Below, piece by piece: positions 39,893 through 48,662 of a DNA stretch of 64,000 nt. A program made the translations under genes and the position numbers. The notes beneath the pieces are model-generated. The model was not told the origin of the DNA, made no database searches, and worked only from the letters and a program-made list of their open reading frames with translations. How positions within the stretch are numbered: position 1 is the stretch's first letter; each line of letters opens with the position of its first letter. The stretch comes from an uncultured virus (IMG/VR IMGVR_UViG_3300044611_001416) (lineage: Duplodnaviria > Heunggongvirae > Uroviricota > Caudoviricetes), in the IMG/VR virus record IMGVR_UViG_3300044611_001416; one strand, written 5' to 3'.

Positions 39893-40744
39893 ATGGAAAC
39901 AGGAAAAATAATAAATGGAGATTGCATCAAGGTAATGAAAACATTATCTGATGGGTGTGTTGATTTGGTTGTGACATCACCACCATATAATTGCGGAATT
40001 AAATATGATACCCACATAGATGACTTACCTATGGATAAATATTGGGGTTGGACAAGAGAATGGTTAACAGAAACTTACCGATTGATTAAAGATGACGGTA
40101 GAGTCTCAATTAACATTCCCTACGAAGTGAATGTTCAAGATAGAGGAGGTAGAGTATTTTTTGTTTCAGAATTTTATCAAATAATGAAAGAGGTTGGATT
40201 TAAATTCTTTGGAATCGTGGATTTAGAAGAAGATTCGCCACACAGAAGTAAGACAACCGCATGGGGTTCTTGGATGAGTCCTAGTTCTCCATATATTTAT
40301 AATCCAAAAGAATGTGTAATATTAGCTTATAAAAAACAACACATTAAAAAAGTTAAAGGTGAGCCAGAGTGGAAAGGAGTCCCAACTGAGATTGAACAGG
40401 AAGATGGGACATTAAAGAAAAAAATTGTATATGAGGAAAAAGATAAGAAAGAGTTTATGGAACTTGTATTTGGTCAGTGGAATTACTTTGCAGATACTAA
40501 ATCACTCACCAAGGCAACTTTCTCGATGGACATACCAACAAAAGCAATTAAAATATTGTCCTACAAAAACGATGTAGTTCTTGACCCATTTGCGGGTAGC
40601 GGGACATCATGCGTTGCTGCGGAAATATTAGATAGACGATGGATAGGTATAGAACTAAGTCCTGACTACGCTGAGATTTCTCGTAAACGAATACAATCTT
40701 TTGTGGATAAGAAAAAACAACTTAAATTAGAATTTAATAAATAG
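39893..40744 (+). CDS. DNA methyltransferase, N4-C/N6-A beta class
   Basis: VTSPPY precedes VLDPFAGSGT. Confidence 0.92.
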   Translation: METGKIINGDCIKVMKTLSDGCVDLVVTSPPYNCGIKYDTHIDDLPMDKYWGWTREWLTETYRLIKDDGRVSINIPYEVNVQDRGGRVFFVSEFYQIMKEVGFKFFGIVDLEEDSPHRSKTTAWGSWMSPSSPYIYNPKECVILAYKKQHIKKVKGEPEWKGVPTEIEQEDGTLKKKIVYEEKDKKEFMELVFGQWNYFADTKSLTKATFSMDIPTKAIKILSYKNDVVLDPFAGSGTSCVAAEILDRRWIGIELSPDYAEISRKRIQSFVDKKKQLKLEFNK

Positions 40745-40767
40745 GGGAATTTAATATCCCCTTTTTT
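40743..40767 (+). terminator. Terminator hairpin
   Basis: AGGGGA-N8-TCCCCT plus a T run. Confidence 0.6.
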
Positions 40768-40798
40768 GTTTTCATGATATTTATTATAAAAAATACAC

Positions 40799-41947
40799 AT
40801 GAAAGGAATGAAACTTAATGAGTCTGAATTAAAAGACAGGATATTTCAAATTTATAAAGAGGAACAATATAAGATTCTTGAAGAAAAATGGAACAAATTA
40901 TCTAAAGAAGATAAAATATTTGTTTTTGAATTTGCAAAAAAAATATACACTGAACAAACCAAGTTAATAAAAGAATCTAAATGGTATAATACTCTTGGTG
41001 ATGTTGTCGGTATCTTTGACCCAACAGGTATTGTTGATATTGTTAATGGTATTAGTTATTGGAGACAAGGTGATAAATTATATGCAATTCTTTCATTTGT
41101 TTCGGCAATCCCTTATTTAGGTGACCTTATCGCTAAACCTGTCATTGGTGTTATGAAATTAGGTGGTGGAGCCGCTAAAGCGTTTAAAGCAGCAACTTTA
41201 ACTGGCGATGCCGTTAAAATTGCTGGTACGGCAAAAAGAGCTGGTGGACCTATTGCTAAGATGGTTGAGACTGCTCCAACTTGGGGTGAGAAATTAGTGA
41301 CCGCTTTAAAAGGGTCTATTGGCCGAGTTCCTTTGTTAGGTTCTGGCTTAGTAAAAGTTATTGAAGAGTACGTCCAAATTTTTGGTAAAGCCGGAAAAGA
41401 AATGAAAGCGGGAACTGAAATTGGTAAAGGTATTGTAAAAAGTGAAAAGGCGTTAAGCGCTGTTGAAAAAGAAGAATTATTAAAACAAATGAGTAAAGAC
41501 CAATCTTTCAGAGGGTTTAGAGATTTAGGCACTGGAAAAAATAGTTGGTTAAGTTTTATGAAATCGGATGCAAGTTTAGGCGCTAAATTTTATGCGGGGG
41601 TTCCTAGAATTTTTGGTGGTAATCCTGCAACAAGGTCTTTGATGAAAAGAACTAAATTTTATGCGGGGTTTTTAGATTGGTTAGGTGTTGGAAATTTTGT
41701 TGGTCCTGATGAGCTTGAAAAAATGTACCCTGACGTTGAAAAACAGTATGAACAATACGCTCAATTACCCGAATCACAAAATTTATGGAATCAGGAGTTT
41801 GCCTCAGGACAAACAACACAAACTACTGTAGCGTCCGAGTTACCATCATTGTCTACTGCAAAACAATCAACATCAACTGCGGTTAAAACAGATGCATTCA
41901 CATCATTAATTAGTTCACTATTAGGTGGGGGAAAAGCGTTAGTATGA
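40799..41947 (+). CDS. Protein with KLNESEL leader and pre-toxin-TG-like helical region
   Basis: DVVGIFDPTGIVDIVNGISYW.QGD...SAIPYLGD followed by an A/G/K-rich region. Confidence 0.6.
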   Translation: MKGMKLNESELKDRIFQIYKEEQYKILEEKWNKLSKEDKIFVFEFAKKIYTEQTKLIKESKWYNTLGDVVGIFDPTGIVDIVNGISYWRQGDKLYAILSFVSAIPYLGDLIAKPVIGVMKLGGGAAKAFKAATLTGDAVKIAGTAKRAGGPIAKMVETAPTWGEKLVTALKGSIGRVPLLGSGLVKVIEEYVQIFGKAGKEMKAGTEIGKGIVKSEKALSAVEKEELLKQMSKDQSFRGFRDLGTGKNSWLSFMKSDASLGAKFYAGVPRIFGGNPATRSLMKRTKFYAGFLDWLGVGNFVGPDELEKMYPDVEKQYEQYAQLPESQNLWNQEFASGQTTQTTVASELPSLSTAKQSTSTAVKTDAFTSLISSLLGGGKALV

Positions 41948-43350
41948 AAAACTTACTAAAAGAAAGTGGTATCAGAGATATCAATAAGTTAGCTAAACGT
42001 TATTCTAAAGCTGAAATTTATTTTCACCAAGATTTGGATGGCGTAACAACCGCACTTGCGATGAAAAAATACCTTGAAGACAATGGTATTAAAGTTGTTG
42101 ATGCTCACGTTATTCAATACGGGGATAAAGAGTTCTCGGTAAAGAAGAATGACGCTCAAGGTGATATTATGCCAGTACTTGTGGATTTTGCTCATGGTAA
42201 ACCAATGTTTGTTATCCATACAGACCACCACGATAGACAAGCGGGTGCGGAAGACACTAAATCAACTTCATTTAGAAGTTCACGTTCAAATGTTGAAACA
42301 ATATCCCAGGTGGTATCACCTAATGAAATATTCTCACCTGAAGATATTCAATTAATATCTATGGTTGACTCAGCTAATTACGCGGCGAACGAAGTAACGG
42401 TTGACCAAGTAATAAATTATTTATTCAAATTAGATAAAGATAAATCTTTGGGTAAAAACAAAACTGCCTTAGGTTTAGTTGCTAATAAGTTATTATTGGC
42501 GTTTAAAAATAAACCAGGGTTTTTAGAAGAACTTGTTATGGTTGGAACCCCATCACTTATGAATCTTGTTACTAACATAAAAAGAATCATGATTGAAAAA
42601 GGTTACGCTACCGTACCCGAATTACAGAAAAACAAAGAAGGTTATATTGACCAAATGAAAAACCACCATAATGTTAAAATTGAAGGTAACATTATTGTTC
42701 AATACGGAGGTGGTAGTATGATGAAACCTGGTTCTTATGATAGATACACGCCCTTCAAAAATAACCCTGACGCTGATTTCTTAGTTATTGCTTGGCCATT
42801 AGGTTTAGTTCAAGCGTCTTGTAATCCTTATAAAAAAGAACGTGAGTTAAAAGGTGTTAACTTAGGTGAGATTGCTCAGGAAGTACTTGCTAAATGGGAG
42901 ACTCAATTACAAGAAAGACAAATACCGTTATCAACAATTAAATGGATTTCTGAAGGTTCAAAAGGATTTGGTCCTGAATCAGTTGGGTTTACCTTTAAAG
43001 ATTTTGTTGCGTTATATGGTAACAATTTTAAAACAATGGAGAATGGTAAAAAACATTTAACTCAAATTGGTAAAATGATGGAAATTCCTTTTACTGAATT
43101 AAGCGAGGAAGAAATGAAAATGTTAGATGGTGTCACAATTAATGCTTGGGATTTAATTCAAGCTAATAGTGGTGGACATAAATGTATCACGAACATTTCG
43201 GGGCTTAGTTATTTAGGTAGGTCTAAAAGACCGCCAGATGGAAAGTACAAGTATAATGCTGAGTCAGATGATTCTCCTTATGTGAAGTTTACTAAAATGG
43301 TTCAAAAAGAATTGGTAAATGTGTTACAGTCTAAAATTAATGAAGGTTAA
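41944..43350 (+). CDS. DHH-family phosphoesterase-like protein
   Basis: HQDLDG, VDF, TDHH and C-terminal GGHK motifs. Confidence 0.75.
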   Translation: MKNLLKESGIRDINKLAKRYSKAEIYFHQDLDGVTTALAMKKYLEDNGIKVVDAHVIQYGDKEFSVKKNDAQGDIMPVLVDFAHGKPMFVIHTDHHDRQAGAEDTKSTSFRSSRSNVETISQVVSPNEIFSPEDIQLISMVDSANYAANEVTVDQVINYLFKLDKDKSLGKNKTALGLVANKLLLAFKNKPGFLEELVMVGTPSLMNLVTNIKRIMIEKGYATVPELQKNKEGYIDQMKNHHNVKIEGNIIVQYGGGSMMKPGSYDRYTPFKNNPDADFLVIAWPLGLVQASCNPYKKERELKGVNLGEIAQEVLAKWETQLQERQIPLSTIKWISEGSKGFGPESVGFTFKDFVALYGNNFKTMENGKKHLTQIGKMMEIPFTELSEEEMKMLDGVTINAWDLIQANSGGHKCITNISGLSYLGRSKRPPDGKYKYNAESDDSPYVKFTKMVQKELVNVLQSKINEG

Positions 43351-43688
43351 AAATTAACCTCATCACCGATTTGTAATCCTAATTTTTTTGCGGTACCCCC
43401 CATAATTTCTAAAATTATATCACCTTCACCACAGTAATTAACACATTCATCTGTCGTACATGGGGAACAATTATGGTGTATTTTAGTTATGGTATTACTA
43501 TCAATAAAAATAATGTCTAACGGGATAATACAATTTTTCATCCAAAAACAATGTTCACCATCATCTATTAAAAATAACATACCATTATAGGAACTGTCAA
43601 ATTTTTTACCCATCATACCACTTTCAGTATCTTTTGGAGTAATAACTGTTTTAACTTTAAACTTATTGTTATTAATTTTTATTATCAT
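43347..43688 (-). CDS. DUF192 family protein
   Basis: GMM...GMLF...FWMKNCIIPLDIIF...ILEI..G. Confidence 0.85.
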   Translation of the reverse strand: MIIKINNNKFKVKTVITPKDTESGMMGKKFDSSYNGMLFLIDDGEHCFWMKNCIIPLDIIFIDSNTITKIHHNCSPCTTDECVNYCGEGDIILEIMGGTAKKLGLQIGDEVNF

Positions 43689-43764
43689 ATTTAATAAATA
43701 TCTTAAGTTTTTATAATAAAATTTTAAAAATAGTTTTTCTTTTTGAAAAGTTTAATATATTTAT

Positions 43765-43850
43765 ATCCTACAAAGCCCCAACGACCCCCTTTCTTGAGTT
43801 GGTTAATAATTAAACCCTAACAGTGTAAAAATTGTTAGGGTTTTTAATTT
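43765..43850 (+). ncRNA. Candidate small RNA (promoter motif, C-rich hairpin, terminator; no ORF)
   Basis: TATTTATA at 43758; CCAAC/GTTGG stem with a GACCCCCTTT loop; 11-bp terminator stem at 43812-43843. Confidence 0.4.
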
Positions 43851-43870
43851 TTAATCACTATCTTTGCTTT

Positions 43871-44305
43871 ATGGGGACTCAAATCAGCATAATAAATCGT
43901 AAAGTTAAGTTCGAATATTCATTTATTGAAACTTTGATTGTTGGTATAAAATTGGTTGGTCCTGAAGTTAAATCAATTCGTAGTGGTAAAGTGTCATTAG
44001 TTGATGCTTATTGTTTTTTTATTGATAACGAGTTAGTAGTTAAAGGAATGAATATTCCAGAATATAAAATGGCGTATACTCACGAACCATTGCGAGATAG
44101 AAAGTTATTACTTAAGAAAAAAGAAATTGTTAAATTACAAAAAGAACTTGTTAAAGGATTAACATTGGTCCCATATAGAATATTTTCAAATGATAGAGGA
44201 TTGTTGAAGATGGAAATAGTTTTGGGTAAGGGTAAAAAATTACATGATAAGAGAGAATCTATTAAAGAAAGAGATATTAATAGAGAAATTATGCGTGGCA
44301 TTTAA
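43871..44305 (+). CDS. smpB: SsrA-binding protein SmpB
   Basis: NRKVKFEY, GIKLVGPEVKSIR, HEPLRDRKLLLKKKEI and GKGKKLHDKRESIKERD. ATG lies 4 nt after TATCTTTG. Confidence 0.95.
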   Translation: MGTQISIINRKVKFEYSFIETLIVGIKLVGPEVKSIRSGKVSLVDAYCFFIDNELVVKGMNIPEYKMAYTHEPLRDRKLLLKKKEIVKLQKELVKGLTLVPYRIFSNDRGLLKMEIVLGKGKKLHDKRESIKERDINREIMRGI

Positions 44306-44343
44306 AAATTTTTTGTATCTTTGTAATCACAAACACCGATACT

Positions 44344-45087
44344 ATGACAGACGCATTAACACAAAAAAAAATTGCAAAAACTAAGTACCAAGACGCTAAG
44401 CGTAGTGCGTTAAGAAGTTATGACCAACAAAAGTTGGTAATTGACATTAAACAAAAAGTTTTTGAAGATTTTTATACCGATATGGTTAAAGTATCTCCTG
44501 ATTTTGAATTGGTTAAAACTCAAAATTCTTTGGACTATAAAGTTTGGGTTAATTCATTTCCTGTTGAAACTTTAACATTAAATTATTTTGATTATGAAAT
44601 TAAATACACAGGTAAATTACCTGAAGTAGTATCAAAAGGTAAAATTCGTATTGATGTTAGTGAACACTATGTTACTCCAAGAGGTTCGTGGAAACAAAAA
44701 AACTTGGGTTTTAAAATTAAAACTTTATTAGGTTATAATGAAGAAAGTCCATATTACAAATCTGGTAGAACTGTTGCTAAGAAAATAATTGAATATGTAG
44801 ATTCTTTATGGGTAATTGAAAAAGACAGATTATTAAAACAAGATATAAGAAGCCGTGCCTTCAGAGAATTAATTGGCATGTTTAGTTTTTCTAGAGTTGA
44901 TTTTGGTACACCAACAACGCCAAACGACCCTAATACTTTTACAGTAACTAATGTTAATAAAACCAAGATTATTTTAGGGTACAGATATCGTTCTGTTAAT
45001 GATAAGATTGAGTTTATTAAAAAGGATATCATTGTACCTAAAGAATTTAATTTAACTTCTTTAGTGGAAAAATTAGGAGAATTGTAA
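44344..45087 (+). CDS. Hypothetical protein (host-type promoter)
   Basis: 247 aa; TATCTTTG at 44316. Confidence 0.75.
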   Translation: MTDALTQKKIAKTKYQDAKRSALRSYDQQKLVIDIKQKVFEDFYTDMVKVSPDFELVKTQNSLDYKVWVNSFPVETLTLNYFDYEIKYTGKLPEVVSKGKIRIDVSEHYVTPRGSWKQKNLGFKIKTLLGYNEESPYYKSGRTVAKKIIEYVDSLWVIEKDRLLKQDIRSRAFRELIGMFSFSRVDFGTPTTPNDPNTFTVTNVNKTKIILGYRYRSVNDKIEFIKKDIIVPKEFNLTSLVEKLGEL

Positions 45088-45121
45088 AAAACTCAGTATA
45101 TTTGTAGAAACAATTAAGGAT

Positions 45122-45397
45122 ATGAACACACAGACATACAACATCAGAATCGAGAACGAGAAATTTGGTAAACTTTTGAATGAAACATTCATTGATGGAA
45201 TCCAATTCAAATTATTTTTGAAGATGGTTAGTGGATGTTTAGAGTTAAAAAATGACTTAACATTTTTCAACGGAACCGATTTCTTAATCAACATTCCTTA
45301 CAAATTTTTAAAGGATTCAATTATTGTTACATCAACTAACGAGTTCACTTTGGCTGACCATGCAAAAAGCAAAATTGAAGCGTTAGTTACTAAATAA
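45122..45397 (+). CDS. Hypothetical protein (host-type promoter)
   Basis: 91 aa; TATATTTG at 45097. Confidence 0.7.
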   Translation: MNTQTYNIRIENEKFGKLLNETFIDGIQFKLFLKMVSGCLELKNDLTFFNGTDFLINIPYKFLKDSIIVTSTNEFTLADHAKSKIEALVTK

Positions 45398-45405
45398 AAT
45401 AAATT

Positions 45406-45648
45406 ATGAGCATTGAAACAGGATTATTAATCTCAATTTTAGCATCACTTTATATCATCTATAAGTTTTGGAAAAAAATTCTTAAAACTTTGTTGATTAT
45501 TACAGTACTTTTTTTTGTTTTTTTAGTAATTAAAGTAAAAAGTGTTTACGATAAATTAATTTCAAAAGATACTATTGAACAACCTAGTGAAACAATTCTT
45601 AATAAAAAAGAACTTAATAAAGTTTGGGAATTAATTACTAAAGAATAA
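45406..45648 (+). CDS. Small two-TM membrane protein
   Basis: Two hydrophobic helices. Confidence 0.65.
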   Translation: MSIETGLLISILASLYIIYKFWKKILKTLLIITVLFFVFLVIKVKSVYDKLISKDTIEQPSETILNKKELNKVWELITKE

Positions 45649-45744
45649 TAAAAAAATGTCTTTTATTAATATAAGAACAATTTTGTTAATAAAAATGTTG
45701 ATGGTTTTAGAGTTTTACCTGTTTCTGAATTCTCATAATATATT

Positions 45745-45826
45745 GTTTCCTTGTTTAAAAAAATAAGGTGGTGGTGTCTGACATAACCTGTCGGCCCTAA
45801 AGGAGACTTAGGTCTCCTTTTTTTTG
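45745..45826 (+). ncRNA. Candidate structured RNA: two hairpins plus terminator
   Basis: CCTTGTTT/AAATAAGG and CTGACA/TGTCGG hairpins, then an AAAGGAGAC/GTCTCCTTT terminator. Confidence 0.35.
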
Positions 45827-45855
45827 TTTTAATGATATTTATAACTAAAACAATT

Positions 45856-46176
45856 ATGGCTAAAGATATTATTATTTCGGAAAAACAATTAGAACTGTTA
45901 GTTAATGGCGTTAAAAAAGGAAATATACAAGAGCACGGACAAGAAGGGTCTTATATGGCAAAACAACAATTATTCACTATTGCAACATTAGCACATGCTA
46001 TGTGGGAAAAAATGGAACAAGGTGAACAACTTGAGGATTGGATGGAGACTAAACTTGCTCAGGCCGAACAAAGTGTTGTTAGTGTTGTTAAGACATATAT
46101 GTATGACGAATTTGAGTCTAAAGACTCTGAAGGTATGGGTAAATTAAATTACGATGAAATAGTAATTGGTAAATAA
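45856..46176 (+). CDS. Hypothetical protein with IISEKQ leader motif
   Basis: ATG 45856 after TATTTATA; contains SYMAKQQL...LEDWMETKLA. Confidence 0.7.
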   Translation: MAKDIIISEKQLELLVNGVKKGNIQEHGQEGSYMAKQQLFTIATLAHAMWEKMEQGEQLEDWMETKLAQAEQSVVSVVKTYMYDEFESKDSEGMGKLNYDEIVIGK

Positions 46177-46235
46177 TTAGAAAATACTTTTACATTTAAA
46201 AACTTTTGTTTTATTATTAAGACAAAAGTTTTTTT

Positions 46236-47132
46236 ATGAGTAAAATTATAGTAACAGGTGGGTTAGGTTTTATTGGGTCACATTTTGTAAATTATGTTAG
46301 AGAAAATACATACCACAAAGTATTAATTATTGATAAACTTACATACGCAGGTAATCTTAATAATCTTATATTACCAACCGATTATTTAAAAAAAGATATA
46401 TGTGATGTGATACCTGAGGATTTAGGTGACTACGATTACATAGTTAATTTTGCTGCTGAGTCACACGTTGACAATTCAATTAAAGACGGATTACCATTTG
46501 TTAAATCAAATGTACAAGGTACCTTCAACATGATTGAGGTCGCAAGAAAAAACAAAAACCTAATTAAATTCTTACACATTTCAACGGACGAAGTTTATGG
46601 TGATATAGATGAGTATTCAGCAATTGAATCCGATAACATTATTCCAAGTTCATATTATTCTGCAACTAAAGCATCTGCCGATATGTTGGTAATGTCTGCA
46701 GGAAGAACATATGGGTTTCCATATTTAATCACACGTACTTGTAATAATTACGGGGAAAATCAACACCACGAAAAATTTATACCAAAGATTATTAGGTCAA
46801 TTAAAAACGGTGATGAGGTACCGGTGTATGGTGATGGTGAACAAGTTAGGGAGTGGATACATGCTGATGATAACGCAAAATCAATATTAACCTTATTAAT
46901 GTCGGATGAAGTTAATGAAATATATAATATTGGAACTGGAGAATCATACACTAACAACCAAATAATCAAAATGATTGGTGATATATTAGGTAAGGATGTT
47001 AAATTTAAATACGTTGAGGATAGACTAGGCCACGATAGAAGATATTCATTAAGTTCTTTAAAATATGAAAACAAATTTGGTGTAATGCAAAATACTAAAC
47101 TAACCGAATGGTTAAAAAAAATAATTAAATAA
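46236..47132 (+). CDS. rmlB: dTDP-glucose 4,6-dehydratase
   Basis: GGLGFIG, DKLTYAG, FAAESHVD, STDEVYG, YSATK and DRLGHDRRY motifs. Confidence 0.93.
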   Translation: MSKIIVTGGLGFIGSHFVNYVRENTYHKVLIIDKLTYAGNLNNLILPTDYLKKDICDVIPEDLGDYDYIVNFAAESHVDNSIKDGLPFVKSNVQGTFNMIEVARKNKNLIKFLHISTDEVYGDIDEYSAIESDNIIPSSYYSATKASADMLVMSAGRTYGFPYLITRTCNNYGENQHHEKFIPKIIRSIKNGDEVPVYGDGEQVREWIHADDNAKSILTLLMSDEVNEIYNIGTGESYTNNQIIKMIGDILGKDVKFKYVEDRLGHDRRYSLSSLKYENKFGVMQNTKLTEWLKKIIK

Positions 47133-47138
47133 ATAAAA

Positions 47139-47360
47139 ATGGTAGAAAAACAAAACAGATTACTTAATGCGTTAGACGCAAAATATCGAGCGGAAATAAT
47201 GGACGCTTTAGCAAGATTAGAAGTTTACGTAACTTCACCCGTTGCAATTGGGGAACATCCACAACATACTGAAGAAATGGATAAATTAATTGAACAGTAT
47301 GCAAATGCTAAAGATAAAGCTGAATCATTAATGATTATGAAAGCGGAATTAGGATTTTAA
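47139..47360 (+). CDS. Small helical phage protein
   Basis: 73 aa with VAIGEHP motif. Confidence 0.7.
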   Translation: MVEKQNRLLNALDAKYRAEIMDALARLEVYVTSPVAIGEHPQHTEEMDKLIEQYANAKDKAESLMIMKAELGF

Positions 47361-47390
47361 ATGAGTTAATTTAAACAAATAATAAATAAT

Positions 47391-47912
47391 ATGGAAGAAG
47401 GTTTATTAATACATAATTCAGTATTCAAAGATAGTCGAGGAACATTTGCACCTTTACCTTTAAAATTTGATGAAAGTAACTTATCTGTTTTACGTAAAGA
47501 TTGGGTACAAAGTAATATTAGTGTTAACCCTAATAAATTTACGTTTAGAGGATTACATTTTCAAGTTGGTGAGTTCGCTCAGTCAAAGTTAGTTAAGGTC
47601 ATTACGGGGAAGATAATCGACTTCATCGTTGATATTAGACCTAATTCGCCTAACTATCTAAAGACTTATGAGTTTGTTGTAGAACCTAACAATGAATTGT
47701 TTGTCCCTAAAGGATTTGCCCACGGGTTTATAACTACTGAGGATAACACGGTAGTTCAGTACTTGGTAGACAATGATTACTCACCATTAAAGGAGGGTTC
47801 CATTTTTTGGGCTGACTTTAATTTAGTTAAACAAACCGTAGAACGAGTGATTGAGGATAATGAGTTAACAATTTCAACAAAGGATTTGGTAACTAAAAAT
47901 TTTAATGTATAA
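47391..47912 (+). CDS. rmlC: dTDP-4-dehydrorhamnose 3,5-epimerase
   Basis: DSRGTF, RGLHFQ, QSKLV, VDIR and VPKGFAHGF motifs. Confidence 0.93.
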   Translation: MEEGLLIHNSVFKDSRGTFAPLPLKFDESNLSVLRKDWVQSNISVNPNKFTFRGLHFQVGEFAQSKLVKVITGKIIDFIVDIRPNSPNYLKTYEFVVEPNNELFVPKGFAHGFITTEDNTVVQYLVDNDYSPLKEGSIFWADFNLVKQTVERVIEDNELTISTKDLVTKNFNV

Positions 47913-48171
47913 TCAAGCGATAAAATTTCATGAGAATAAGACAATACCAATTGAACTACCAAGTCCAACAGGCACAACTTCTGTTGATATAAAGTTAAAA
48001 AGTGGGAAGAATGACCTCAGTTTTATTGTTGAAGTTTATAGAACCAAGGATATTAATGGTTTAACTAATAAAGTAATACAACACTATATCTACAAACAAT
48101 TATCATTGTATCTAACATTATTCTCAATCGATGACGAATATAACATAGAGACTTTTAATTTTATTGATTGA
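47905..48171 (+). CDS. Hypothetical protein
   Basis: 88-aa ORF. Confidence 0.6.
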   Translation: MYNQAIKFHENKTIPIELPSPTGTTSVDIKLKSGKNDLSFIVEVYRTKDINGLTNKVIQHYIYKQLSLYLTLFSIDDEYNIETFNFID

Positions 48172-48198
48172 TAAGATATTTATAGTGAAAACATTACT

Positions 48199-48642
48199 AT
48201 GAAAAATGAAATTTTAAAAGATAAAATATTTGAGGTTATTAAACAACAAGAATTATTAACCGAACAAAAAACAGGTACTAAAGATTTTATTGAGATGGTT
48301 TCTCTGTTATTTCACTCTAGAACTCAAGCACATACATTACATTTACAGACCAAATCATTTGCTGAACATAGTGCATTAAATGGGTATTATGACGAAATTG
48401 GAGGATTGGTTGATGGGATTATAGAATCATACCAAGGTAAATATAGTATCCTCAAAGGGTATAAAAAATACGATATTGAAGATTATAAAGACTCAACAAC
48501 CACAATTAATTATTTTAAAGACCTTTGTGGACAAGTTAATGATTTAAGAGATTGTTGTAAAGATTCTTATATTCAAAATCAAATTGATACTGTTTGTGAA
48601 TTAATTAACTCAACATTATATAAATTAAGATTTTTAAAATAA
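48199..48642 (+). CDS. Ferritin/Dps-like four-helix protein (DUF5856-like)
   Basis: AHTLHLQTKSFAEHSALNGYYDEI...IESYQG...TLYKL. Confidence 0.7.
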   Translation: MKNEILKDKIFEVIKQQELLTEQKTGTKDFIEMVSLLFHSRTQAHTLHLQTKSFAEHSALNGYYDEIGGLVDGIIESYQGKYSILKGYKKYDIEDYKDSTTTINYFKDLCGQVNDLRDCCKDSYIQNQIDTVCELINSTLYKLRFLK

Positions 48643-48662
48643 TTAAATCAATATTTATTTTT

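Noticed and set aside
27100..40744. Restriction-modification systems around the two methyltransferases
   Set aside because: No adjacent recognisable endonuclease. They are best read as orphan protective methyltransferases.
45656..45766. 36-aa ORF MSFINIRTILL...
   Set aside because: It is short, has no supporting motif and overlaps the candidate RNA hairpin, so it cannot be supported.
43700..45830. tmRNA or tRNA near smpB
   Set aside because: No tRNA-like ends or T-arm motif were seen, and the intergenic gaps are too short for a tmRNA.
11000..47074. Antisense or nested ORFs in the track (e.g. 11000, 14333, 19831, 21113, 22413, 38156, 41113, 46760)
   Set aside because: They lie wholly within well-supported genes on another frame or strand and show no motifs or promoter signals.
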